Assembly: GCF_006345805.1 (NCBI RefSeq)
Contig: NC_042998.1
Span: 11,284,001 to 11,348,000, forward strand
Length of the DNA stretch: 64,000 nucleotides
Direction of reading: 5' to 3'
Source: Octopus sinensis
Taxonomy: Eukaryota
The notes below the pieces were generated by a model, which did not search any database, was not told the origin of the DNA, and saw only the letters and a list, made by a program, of their open reading frames with translations. Position numbers and translations under genes: made by a program. Below are positions 1-12,419 of this stretch, piece by piece. Each line of letters begins with the position of its first letter. The first letter of the stretch is position 1.

Positions 1-2039
1 AATTAGAATCAACTTCAAATATGACAGCAATGTTAATAATAGTGTTTTGTACTCTCTTAAATAAAGAAAACAAAACAAAATGAAATTGAAAAGGTCACAA
101 ACGTGGCAAAGATGAGAAAAGTTGAATGTTGCGTAAAATTTACACTGATGAAAATCGTCAAAGAAAAGGTAATTTGTGGTCTTTCCTTCGTTTTTTTTTT
201 ATATTATTACTTTTTATAGGAAAAATATAATGTGGTACGATGAACAAAAACTGTAGTCGAAAACCACAATCAAAGAGGCAAGGGAAGAGTTACACTTCAA
301 AAGAAGAGCAACAGTGCTTGTCAAACTAGATGCTATATTCGACTCGAAAAGAGACGCGTAAATAAGGAACCAATTTAGTAAATGATGGGTAATTTCAATT
401 TTTCTGTTTTACATGGTACTATTACGGGAATATTACTGTCGTCTGTCACTTACCCTATGATTGACAGTTACGTGGTGCAGATTTACGCATAAATTTCAAT
501 CATATTTAAATACTTTTCGTAAAAATATCTTTAATGTATGATATTTTGTTTAGCAGAATTGGAAGAAAGACAAAAAGAGTAATCTCTACGTATCCAAATC
601 AGAATGGATTAATAGAAAATTGAATTTTGCAAATGTCGTCGCCCTTTATGCGTCGTATTTTTCAATATATTTTAAAACTAGTTACACTCTTCGATCAAAA
701 GCAAACCAAGTATGAGTCCTGGGAGTAGAATCATTGTTAGATGTTCATTGGCCTACACTTTTTATGGAATGTAAGTCCGTTGACAGGAGAGCCTCTGCGA
801 TATTCTTGTCTGCTAAAACAAAATAGTAGCGTAATCTCCATCAAGTTACGACCTACTGTCTCAAAATTGAAGGACGCGTTGAGTAATGAAGTTTTAGTTA
901 CACTGTGTTTGAAAAAAAACATATGCAAATGGGATGGTCAAGCTAGAAATATTTTGATCTCAGCTCTACTTGATTAGGGCTGATCTGGTGATAAACACGA
1001 GAACATGACCGTGCGAACATCTGGGCTCATATTCCATAGAGATTTGACAATGGCTTGTTTCACTCCTGGTGCAAATCTAAGAAACATGGTCGACAAACTT
1101 CCAAGAAACATCTTCAACAAGTAAGATGGGGTGGTCACAGTCGCAGTGCCTTTGATCATAGTCTCCTCGGTCAAGGTTATCTAGAGTTATAACTATAAAA
1201 ATAACAACTACCTGGATATCCCTCAGTAAAGATAGGTTAAATAAATGACAGAGATACTTTGCCCGGGGCATATAATACAGCAGCTACTTAGTGACATCTT
1301 AACGTTGGGAACGCTTCCATATCATCAGCAAGTACCTCAGAGTCAAAGCGTTTTAACCCTAAGCAACTATAATAATATCTTGGACACCCTTGAATAAGGA
1401 CAAGGCAAACTAAACTTTGAACAAAACGAAAATGCAATTATTGCGTTAAGGAAGAGAGTACAGTATCATACATTCCTTACTTATGAATATCACACATCTA
1501 CACACTTCACACGAGCTAAAGAAGCAATCCTTATATGGTCAGTCATCATACTAGAAATAGAGGTAAATCTCCCTAAAATCACATAATATCTTCTTAAAAA
1601 TAGAAGGACATGTTAAAAAATGTAGCAAATGTATTTGTTCATTAACCTGATTAATCAATGGTGGCCCTGAGACTAAACAACAACATTATTACATTATGAC
1701 TCACAAACTTAACAAACATGAATAATTATGGTTACTGAAGGGCAAAGCTTCCTTCTTAGAACCAGAAAATTCTCCAACACCAAACAGTCTCAAACCCTTT
1801 GCAAATTACAGATACATTAGAGTAACCAACGAAAAGATTCTATATATGGTCACGTGACCAGCTAAAAAGAGTTCTAAATGAAGAAAAGCAGTAAATGAGG
1901 AATATTGTTTCACATGCTCTATATGAAGGAACACTTTTTGATTGTAGATCCACTTGATCAGAACTAATATGGGAAGAAACAACTTCAGAGTGTATATGTG
2001 TATGTGTGTGTATGTGCGTACGTATGCATGTATTTATTT

Positions 2040-2430
2040 TTTATACCATTTTCTACAGAAATTGGATCTGACAGATCCAATTTCTATTTTACAATAGTCT
2101 TTCAAATAGCTTTCGAAGGTTGTGCTGAAATGGTTTATATAATATATAGGATTGCAAAAGTTCTTCATTCTCACATCATTGATTTCTTGTATGCAGATGA
2201 TTGTGACCTGTTAGCACATTCCCAGGAAGATATGCAACACATGATGAATGCGATTCCTGCAGCATATACAGCATTGGGCCTTACAATCAACATGAAGAAA
2301 ATTGTTCTGATGTACCAACCTGCCCCTTCTAAATTTGATATGGAATTTTCTATGACTGTATGGAGCAAGGTTGGAAGTTGTAACTAAATTTATTTATTTA
2401 GGAAGTACTTTGAGACTTACAGGTCTTGAT
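2040..2430 (+). mobile_element. RTE-clade LINE reverse transcriptase fragment (degenerate)
   Basis: Translation LYADDCDLLAHSQEDMQHMMN...GLTINMKKIVLMYQPAP matches the YADD motif and downstream region typical of RTE RTs. Confidence 0.75.
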
Positions 2431-2444
2431 GACAAAACTTCACC

Positions 2445-2812
2445 ACCTGCGCTCGTTCTTTTAGAGATAACTTTCTCTTGGTCCATTTCTAAGTGAGATA
2501 AACCACTTTACCCATTACCTTGTTCCCGTTCTTCTTCACTTTGACGTCTGGATCAACGCAGACACCGATCAATTTCACCAGTCCGTCTGTTTGTGTCCCG
2601 CGACGCTATTAGACTTACCACTCTAGGTGCGAGCTGCAGGCTCACTTACTGTTTGTGGTTGATCTTTGCTTTAGTTATCGAAACGTAACCCTTTAGAGCG
2701 GTACCAGACACCTCGCGAGACCTAGTGTTCGACACTATGACGATGACATCGTCAGCATATGTCAACCTTGATCTCCCACATCCCATTTCTCACGGGATGC
2801 CTCTCATTGTCT
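2445..2812 (-). mobile_element. L1/Tx1-type LINE RT fragment (degenerate)
   Basis: Minus-strand translation gives TYADDVIVIVS...TKAKINHK and, further on, VKLIGV...KWTKRKLSLKERAQV, the L1/Tx1-type RT thumb signature, with stops. Confidence 0.6.
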
Positions 2813-2837
2813 CTAATTCCTGCAATAGTGGCTCAAT

Positions 2838-3050
2838 AATGGTTACAAATTTTGGTACAAGGCCAGCAATTTCAGGGTAGCGGGTAAGTCATTTACATCG
2901 ACCCCAGTACAAAACCGAGACTTATTTTATAGACCCCGAAAGTATGAAAGGTAGAGTCGACCTCGTCAGCATTTGACCTCAGAATGTACAGATTTGAAAA
3001 AATGCTGTTAAACACTTTGCCCGGTGTGCTAATGATTCTGCTAGTGCGAC
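2838..3050 (-). mobile_element. SINE family C (central domain TTTCATCCTTTCGGGGTCGATAAA type), degenerate
   Basis: Homologous to 47820-48035 and 60555-60768 (gaccccgaaag..tgaaagg..agtcgacctcg motif). Confidence 0.7.
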
Positions 3051-3184
3051 CGAGCCCATAACACTTAATAGGTGGTCTTTCGCCCTAACCGCGAGTAGAT
3101 GTCACTGTAGATTATAGTTGCTGTGAGAACGTATGTGTGTGTGTATGTGTGTGTACGATCTTGCTTACTTTCTCCCTCTCTCCG

Positions 3185-3223
<39 letters not shown>

Positions 3224-3471
3224 ACACACACATGTTCTTATTAATATTTAGCTAATTAGTTAGCAGAATTATGATCAAAACGCTTGGCAGCCTTAGTCAC
3301 CTCGACCTTCTCAAGAGCATTACGAATTATCTCCGATATAACCTTCAGTTTCAGATTTGGAAGCGTGCAGTTTGATAGAGATTTGCTTACTATTTCTAAA
3401 GTGTTAACTGATTACGTAAAGCTCCCTCTGTCTCATGGAGGCACAATGCTAGATATGTGGATCTGGATGGA

Positions 3472-3652
3472 AGCACTCCGTCGGTTACGACGACGTGGGT
3501 TCCGGTTGATCCGAATCAACGGAACAGCCTGCTCGTGAAATTAACGTGTAAGTGGCTGAGCACTCCACAGACACGTGTACCCTTAACGTAGTTCTCGGGG
3601 ATATTCAGCGTGACACAGAGAGTGACAAGGCCGGCCCTTTGAAATACTGGTA
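3472..3652 (-). mobile_element. 3' half of SINE family B2
   Basis: Near-identical to 41922-42100 (ccgtcggttacgacgacg...ctgctcgtgaaattaacgtg...ccctttgaaatac). Confidence 0.85.
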
Positions 3653-4572
3653 CTAGATTGTGGACAGTCCATTAAAATATGAGATATTTATTTCCTATAT
3701 AGATAGAAACACAGTTTTTTTATGAAATATTATTGCATTCATATAGCTTCTCGTTGCTTCTGAAATGCCTAAGAAGTTTCCGATATTGTGAGCAGGTGCT
3801 ACAAAAGAAAAATAAATTTGAAAGTCACATTCGACTATCTTATTTTACATGACATTTCAACATTTTAACTTGACGAATGTATTTTTGTCCATGGCATAGA
3901 AAATTTCTATCACTTACATGTTATACATTTATTAATTAACTTCCACTAACCACGATAGAGCTACTTCTAATTAGTAAATCTACAACATGCACATTACTTC
4001 GTTATGATGTGAAATGACATTCTTATGGAAATTAAAATTTAAGAGGCTTCACAAATTTATTCTTATTTCATTACTTATTAAAAGCTAGGTCAGTTATTAA
4101 TATCATTTTGAAAATTCTAAAAGAACAGCTGACTCAGATACTCATCCTTTGCTAAGCATTCCTTGCTAGTCCTTAAATGCTTTCGTCTTTTTCACTAATC
4201 TTTCTCTTTACATTATTTTTCTACTTAAGCATTTATGACCTAGCTATACGCAAATTAGGTGTATAGAATGCTATTTCTTGCTCATTAACATTTATTTATA
4301 TATTCTTAAATATATTTCCTTCATTCTATAACAGTTGTAATTCTTTCCTTTAATGACATTAAGTGTATATATTATATATACATATACATACATACATATA
4401 TATATACATATATATTAATGTCAATAAAGGAAATATATGACTATTAAGAGTTGATATTTGCGCTAATAGCATGTGTATGTATGCGTGTATACATATATAC
4501 CTACATGTGTGTGCGTATATACATACAAGCATATACATGAGTGTGTGTGTGTGTGTGTGGTGTGTGTGTGTG

Positions 4573-6366
4573 TAAACACATCCGAATTAAAATTCTTTTT
4601 AGAATTTCATTAAGTAAAAATAAAAACTGTGCAAAATTTGCTTACCAACAATTAAGTTACTTGAAATATTTAACCGACTAATATTAGAAGCTTGTTAGTC
4701 AAGGCTATCATGAAAACCATGAAATGTTCATGTTTATAGAGAAAGAAATATTTTCTTATTTCTTTTATCTTTGAATTATTTCGAAATATGAAGTGATATT
4801 TAAAATATGTCATGAGAAAGGAAGAAATCCATTATTGTTCTCAGTGAATAATAATGGGCTTCTTTCTAATTTTGCATTATCTTATTTCATTTATATATTT
4901 CTTCATTATATAGATTTTATATTTGAGAAGGTTTTTTTTCTCTCAGTCTGCTTAACTGGTTTTTTTTACGAAAACACAGCGTTGTTTCCTTTACACTCTT
5001 TTTTTTTTTTTTTTTTTGCTTCATCCTCTACTGTTATCTACTTCATTATTTTATCTATTTTCTCCGTAGCATTCTAATTGTTAATTTTTTGCGTTCTCAT
5101 TTCTGTTTGCTCGTGCTAAACCAAGTCCTTTACTTTCCATCAGTTATACGCTAACCATTGCTTTTTCTGCTTGTTTATTTATTCTTCGAAATCTTTCATA
5201 ATAATTGGCATTGAATAAGTGGACAGTGTCACTAAACTTCTCAATGTAGAGTTCGGAATTTATGATATATACTAGCATACCTGTGTCGTCAGAAATGCCG
5301 ACAGTTTTATTAATGGCACATCAATACAGAGAAATCATTGATAAATGTCAGCAATCTAGTAATTATATGTACATACACAGACTTGAAATACTTAAAGAAC
5401 CAGATATAGTTGTACCGTCTCGGCTGAAAATATCTGTATGTGTGAGTATATGTGTGTGTGTGTGTGTGTGTAAACACATCCGAATTAAAATTCTTTTTAG
5501 AATTTCATTAAGTAAAAATAAAAACTGTGCAAAATTTGCTTACCAACAATTAAGTTACTTGAAATATTTAACCGACTAATATTAGAAGCTTGTTAGTCAA
5601 GGCTATCATGAAAACCATGAAATGTTCATGTTTATAGAGAAAGAAATATTTTCTTATTTCTTTTATCTTTGAATTATTTCGAAATATGAAGTGATATTTA
5701 AAATATGTCATGAGAAAGGAAGAAATCCATTATTGTTCTCAGTGAATAATAATGGGCTTCTTTCTAATTTTGCATTATCTTATTTCATTTATATATTTCT
5801 TCATTATATAGATTTTATATTTGAGAAGGTTTTTTTTCTCTCAGTCTGCTTAACTGGTTTTTTTTACGAAAACACAGCGTTGTTTCCTTTACACTCTTTT
5901 TTTTTTTTTTTTGCTTCATCCTCTACTGTTATCTACTTCATTATTTTATCTATTTTCTCCGTAGCATTCTAATTGTTAATTTTTTGCGTTCTCATTTCTG
6001 TTTGCTCGTGCTAAACCAAGTCCTTTACTTTCCATCAGTTATACGCTAACCATTGCTTTTTCTGCTTGTTTATTTATTCTTCGAAATCTTTCATAATAAT
6101 TGGCATTGAATAAGTGGACAGTGTCACTAAACTTCTCAATGTAGAGTTCGGAATTTATGATATATACTAGCATACCTGTGTCGTCAGAAATGCCGACAGT
6201 TTTATTAATGGCACATCAATACAGAGAAATCATTGATAAATGTCAGCAATCTAGTAATTATATGTACATACACAGACTTGAAATACTTAAAGAACCAGAT
6301 ATAGTTGTACCGTCTCGGCTGAAAATATCTGTATGTGTGAGTATATGTGTGTGTGTGTGTGTGTGT
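4573..6366. repeat. Tandem duplication of a ~898-bp unit bounded by (TG)n tracts
   Basis: 4573-5470 and 5471-6366 are identical by eye except a T-run (19 vs 16 T). Duplicated ORFs at 4793/5691 and 5262/6157 give periods of 898 and 895. Confidence 0.95.
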
Positions 6367-6413
6367 ATACATACATATATAAATATGCGTGTTTGTGTAT
6401 ATATGTATGTATG

Positions 6414-6475
<62 letters not shown>

Positions 6476-6538
6476 ATATTATATATATATACATATATAT
6501 ATACATACTTATATTTGTGTGTGTATATGTGCGTATAT

Positions 6539-6584
<46 letters not shown>

Positions 6585-6679
6585 TATGTATATATGCATA
6601 TATATACATATATATGTATGTGTGTACGTGTACATATATATACATATAGGCATATATAAATACATATACACATACATAC

Positions 6680-7385
6680 AAGTTTTCAGTTTAATGTTGG
6701 AAAATTCCAAGCCCTGCACTACCAACGCACAAAGCTGAACGATATGCAGACAGGATTCACTAGCCCGGGAGGAAGTTCAATCCCTGAATCAAAATCAGTG
6801 CGTGACCTGGGCATTGACATGAGCAATGATTACCAATTTGGTAATAAAATGCAGACTGCTGTCTGAATGGATCCTCCAGACTTTCAAAACGAGAGAAGGG
6901 AAACTATGATGGTTCTTTGGAAGCTATACATCCTCAGCCGCTTGGATTACTGCTCCCAACTATGATCACCACACGGTATGAAATTTACGAAGGAACTCGA
7001 AGTTACACAAAGCGTGTCGTCTCAATGCAACATATCAGCTACTACGGAAGGCTAAAAAAATTAAAACTCTCCTCCTTAGAACGAAAGCTGGAAAGATATG
7101 CAGTGATATACATCTGGAAAATCCTGGAAGGCGTTGCTCTAAACTTTGGCATTGAAAGTTACACAAACAGCAGAATGGGGCACTACTGCAGAGTGCCAAA
7201 GATCCCAGCATTACCATCAAATTACAGGACCAGATACTGCAACTGCTTGCGTTTCAAGGGCCCACAGCTCTTCAATATCCTTCCAAATGTCTTGGTGACA
7301 TGCATGGTCTGGATGTAGGTGTCTTTAAAACAAAACTGGATCGCCTGCTATCAAGGATTCCAGATGAGCCTACATTACGGAAATT
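6680..7385 (+). mobile_element. CR1-clade LINE ORF2 C-terminal fragment
   Basis: Translation ...LSRLDYCSQL.SP...SYYGRLKKLKLSSLERKLERYAVIYIWKIL...GPQLFNILP...DVGVFKTKLDRLLSRIPDEP. Same family as 52823-53212. Confidence 0.8.
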
Positions 7386-7389
7386 AACT

Positions 7390-7456
7390 ACTATAGCCTC
7401 GAGCCGACCAAAGCCTTGTAAGTAGATTTGGTAGAGGGAAACTGAAAAAATCCGCC

Positions 7457-7497
<41 letters not shown>

Positions 7498-7712
7498 TGT
7501 GTATATATTTTTGTATCTGTGTGTTTGTCCCCACAACATCGCTTGACAACAAATGCTGGTGTGTTTACGTCCCTGTAACTTAGTGGTTCGGCAAAAGAAA
7601 CCAATACACTAAGTACTAGGCTTACAAAGAATAAGTCCCGGGATTGATTTGCTCGCCTAAAGGCGGTGTTCCAGCAAGGCCGCAATCAAATGACTGAAAC
7701 AAGTAAAAGAAT
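7390..7712 (+). mobile_element. SINE family A, 5'-truncated
   Basis: Matches the full-length copies (24747-25151, 43292-43709) from ctatagcctc to the ...atgactgaaacaagtaaaaga tail. Confidence 0.9.
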
Positions 7713-7760
7713 ACGTATATACATCGACATCTCTGTCTCTCTCTCTCTCTTCTCTCTCTC

Positions 7761-7815
<55 letters not shown>

Positions 7816-7830
7816 GTGTATATATATAAA

Positions 7831-8025
7831 GTTAATCCAAACAAGAATACACAACAACGCGAGGACGTGGAACAAATATAGTATTATTGGACGCTCAGGA
7901 AGGAAGGGAAGAAGGAGGGTTTAGCGTTTCGAGCGGAGCTCTTCGTCGGAAACATAGGAGAAGGAAAGATCCAGAGAAGGGAAGACAGAGGAAAAAAATC
8001 GCCAACGGTACACACGCAGCCACAC

Positions 8026-8030
<5 letters not shown>
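7831..8030 (-). mobile_element. (TA)n-flanked PLE-like fragment with a minimal hammerhead-like motif
   Basis: Minus strand reads CCGACGA-A-GAGC-TCC-GCTC-GAAA-CGCT. Microsatellites flank both sides. Confidence 0.45.
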
Positions 8031-8072
<42 letters not shown>

Positions 8073-8596
8073 CTAGGATGGAACTTATACATATTTAAGA
8101 CATCGCTACGTGCGTTACCACAAACCATGACGCAACCCCGAAAAACTGATTCACTAGTCAGTATCACTAGACGGTATCCAGCATAACGAAATAGGAGTTT
8201 TGTCTACATACCTTTATATGTACTATCGCACATAGGCATATATATTTATGATTAGTAAAATGTTATTTTTTCATAAATATATATGCCTATGTGTGAGAGT
8301 ACATATAAAGCCCCTCCTTAATTCTTCTGTCCATCTGCTTCTACAACTCTCTCTCTCTTCTTTTCCCCTTCCTTATGTCTTTTGTTCCTCTTTATTTTCT
8401 CTCTCTCTCTTCTCTTCTCACGTGACCGATAGGCCAGATTGCCAGCCCTCTTTTTGCGTCTGACTGTGGTCACTGCCACATCGATATTCTTCACTGTGTT
8501 TGTGAAAGATTTGTATCTCTGCCGTAAGGCTTCATTTCCACACACGCCAGCTGAATTCAATTCGTCCCCAGTCGAAAGACACCTGTTGTTATGTCC

Positions 8597-8598
<2 letters not shown>

Positions 8599-8664
<66 letters not shown>
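8599..8664. repeat. (ATT)n microsatellite, 3' flank/tail of the Dong-like LINE
   Basis: Perfect ATT array abutting the element's 3' UTR. Confidence 0.95.
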
Positions 8665-8665
<1 letters not shown>

Positions 8666-11600
8666 TTTTTTTTTCTTCTTTCAAATTTACTTCCATTTCT
8701 TGCCGAGTGTCTTCCCGACTCCTAGGGCAAAGAAACTCATAGTGTATATTGGTAGGCCATTAAACCAAACTCAGTAGTTCGTTCATTTTTTTTTTTTTTT
8801 TTTAAAGTTAAATTAAAATGCATGAGCAGCAACAGTTCTCACATCGACAATGCTCTTCTCAATACGTGTGATGTACCAGTTAAGACAATCTTTTGCACTT
8901 CTTGCAGGGATGGTAAGCCAGGGATCATTCTCATATAATTTTCGGTTCCCTTCTTGATCATTCCTAGTGCTCCTACGATCACTGGTATTGTAACCGCCTT
9001 GAGATGCCACATTTTCTCAATTTCAATGAGTAGGTCTTTATATTTTCTGAGCTTGTCAAACTCTTTCGCTGAGATATTATGATCACAGGGGATGCTCATG
9101 TCGATCAATAAGCAAACTTTATTGTTTTGGTCTTTCACAACAATCTGGTTTATTGGCCTTGATAGTTCGGTCTGTATGTACTGGAAAGTCCCACAGAATG
9201 GTTACATTTTCTCCTTCAGTTACAGCCTCAGGGTGGTGATTATACCACTTGTCGGCAGTTTTGATATTGTAATGCCGACTTATTAGCCAGTGGAGATATT
9301 GGCCAACTCTGTCATGTCTTAATTTATACTCCACTGGTGCTAAGACTTTACATCCAGAGATTAGGTGGTCTACTGTTTCAATCATGTCGTTGCAGAATCG
9401 GCATTTTGGGTCTGCTCCATTTTTCATCACATTGGCCTGGTAGTTCCGGGTTGATAGGCTTTGGTCTTGAGCAGCCAGGATGAAACCTTCGCTCTCTGCT
9501 TTTAGCCCTGAGCTCCGCAGCCACTGATGGGTTTGCTTCTGGTCAACATCAGCTTGTTTGCTGCGGGTCACATATTTGCCGTGCAGAGGTTTCTCCTCCC
9601 ACCTATCAGCCAATTGCTCGTGCGCTTTTTTCATTGCCATCATTTTCACCTTCTTTGCAGCAATAGTTGCCGTACTTCCCTCGGGTTGTTCAGTTTGGGT
9701 ATCCTGCACGAGATCAATAGCAATTTTTTTGCTTTCCTTGATGATAGAATGAAGCTTCTTTCGTCTCTCGTGATTTTCCACGAGCTTTAGCATCCAGTCA
9801 TTCGATATTTCGAGATATTTGGCCAGTCCAATTGTGGTTGTTTTGTAAGCTAGTTCAAATTGGATCAGGCCTCGACCTCCTTGGGCTCTGGGAAGGTAAA
9901 GGCGATCTACGTCTGCCTTTGGGTGGTGCATCCTATTACAACTCAGCAGCTTGCGTATTTTTCTATCTATATTCTTTACTTCACTCATATTCCAGTTCAA
10001 CACATTGTAGCTATAAGTAACAACTGGAACTGCTAGGGAATTTATAGCTAACACCTTGTTACGTGCATTTAGTTCAGATTTCAGGACTGCACGAACTCTC
10101 CTATAACATTCCTTCCTGATTTTCTCTTTCATGCTTGCATGCTGAATACCAGAGCCTTCATTTATCCCTAAATATTTGTATGTTTGTTCTTGCTCAAGCT
10201 CTCTTATGACTGTGTCAACATCTAACACGACTGAATTTGTGGTCTTCACTTTCCCTTTCTGGAAAGTGGCCTTGGCACACTTCTCAAGTCCAAACTCAAT
10301 CCCGATGTCATCGCTGAATGATTTCACGGTGCGCAATAGGCCTTCAAGTTCATTATTGTCTTTACCATAAAGTTTTAAGTCATCCATATTAAATAGATGG
10401 CTTATTTTTTTTTGGCAATTTTATACCCATACCCTGTTCTGTTTAATTCACTTGTAAGGGGTATTAGGGCTATGCAGATATTAAAGGTGAAAGTGAGTCA
10501 CCTTGAAAAATTCCACAGTTGATGTTTATATTTTCTGAGGCAAGTACTCCATTAGAGTGGTATAATTGGAGATTCGTATTCCACAACGACATATTGTGCT
10601 TCAGGAAGTTTGAAATCACAGGGGAAATTTTGAAGATGTCCAGCGATCTCAAGATCCATGGATGCGGTATACTGTCGAAGGCCTTTTTATAGTCAATCCA
10701 TGCGGTGCTGAGATTTCTGCGCTTGTTGTGACAGTTCTCAAGGATCATACGATTGATTAGCAGTTGATCTTTGCATCCGTAAGAGCCTCGGCGGCACCCT
10801 TTTTGTTCAATGGGGAAAATATCGTTCTTCTCCATGAATGCATATGTTTTCTCCGCCAGGATAGATGTTAGGATTTTATACGTGGTGGATAGACAGGTTA
10901 TAGGCCGATAGTTTTTGGAAGGTTGGTTTCGTTATTCTTTGGGAGTAGGTAAGTAATGCCACATGCTAACCATTCAGGTGTTTTCTTTGGGTCTCTCATA
11001 ATTCCATTGAGCAGCTGAACTAGCTTACCGTGTGCGCACGGGAGCGATGCGAGCCAGAAATTCGGCACCCTATCTTTACCGGGGGATTTCCAATTATGGG
11101 CCTTCGTGAGTGCCTTTCTTAGGTCTGCTATTGTGATGTCTTCCCATGCTTGTTGTTGTAAATTTTGGTAGGATCCTTCAGTTTGTATAATCCAGTCTGC
11201 ATTTATGTTGTACGTCTTCTTGTCACTCCAAATCCTTTTCCAAAAGTTTAGAACTTCTTCCATGGGAGGGGGGTCTTTAACGGTTACTTTCTCCTTCCCT
11301 ATTTCTCTGTAGAAGTTTTTGGCATTGGATGTGAACAGCTTATTTTGCTTGTAAAACTTGTTTCTCTTCTCAAATCTTCGTATTCTTTGGGCTTTTGCTT
11401 GGACTTTTTGTTTCAGCGTTTCTTTTATTGATATCAGTTCTTCTCTTGGTGAGGATCCAAATTTTCTCTTCATCTTTCTTCCTGTTCCGGATCTTACATC
11501 ATTTCCACATATTAGTTCATTTAATATTGATATTTCCCCTCTCATAAATTCAATCTCTTTTTCAATTTTACTTCTCCAGGTTTGATTTCTTCCCAGGTTT

Positions 11601-12284
11601 TGTTTTCTTTGTTTTTTCGGGGGCATACAGCTGGTTTCAATTGCCCTAGCAGAAGCGTAAATAATTTCATTTAACTCAGTAAAATCAGGTTTTAATTCTC
11701 GTATTATTTCATTTGTTACATAGTTGCTAATTTGGATTTGTTTTTTATTTTGGTTTGTATTTGAGAGTTTATGAAGCGGTTCTCTATCATTCATATTTGT
11801 ATGTCTTACAACTTCAAGCGTATTCAGGATTTTCTGCCTCATTTCTGCTATAGACTCTCTGTGTTCTTCAGCAAATGCGAGATCTTCAGTTACTGTTGTT
11901 CTTTCGTTTTCCTGGCTATCTTTAACAGGTACAATAGAATTTCTTGTATCTTCAGGCCTTTGCGTACTTTGGTCAGATGGCAGTCTTTCAATTAAGCCTC
12001 GTGGCGGGCTATACTGTTCATCTGATTCTTCATTTCCTTTGTGTCTTATATTTATGTCATTTTCCGTTGCGTGCTTGATCGCGCTTATTTCACTGTCTGT
12101 GAGTCTGTTATTTCTAAAGATATCCCTCCTCACATTTGCTAATTTGTTCTCGTCCAAATAGGGCCTACTGTCTTGATTCCGTGTTCTCCATATACTGTAA
12201 GAGTTTGCGGTGTGTCTCTCTTGAGATGGCCTATCTAATGCATAGTAATAAGCGTATATTACTTCTTTATACCCTTCTCGGGTC

Positions 12285-12286
<2 letters not shown>
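8665..12286 (-). mobile_element. R4/Dong-clade non-LTR retrotransposon (RT + restriction-like endonuclease), near full length, 5'-truncated, inserted in (TAA)n
   Basis: One ORF in pieces, 12286->8839: WTREGYKEV...DENKLANVRRDI, KSPGKD...FWL, AWIDYKKAFDS, GIFQGDSLSPL, LFNMDD, YKYLG, CRFC...ETVDHLISGC, RHD.V, ANKPD..LLIDMSIP.D...KY.DL..GALG. (ATT)n lies at both ends. Confidence 0.92.
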
Positions 12287-12335
<49 letters not shown>

Positions 12336-12390
12336 CATTATTATTATTATTATTATAATTTTATTATTATTATTAATATTATTATTATTG
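12286..12390. repeat. (ATT)n microsatellite, 5' flank of the Dong-like LINE
   Basis: ATT array joined directly to the first TGG codon of the element. Confidence 0.95.
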
Positions 12391-12419
12391 TTGTTGTTGT
12401 TGTATTTTGTATTTATATT

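Noticed and set aside
6205-6725. Long YI/MYVC/poly-I/poly-K/ER-rich ORFs here and throughout the track
   Set aside because: They are translations of (TA)n, (TATG)n, (ATT)n, (GAA)n and (GA)n microsatellites, not genes.
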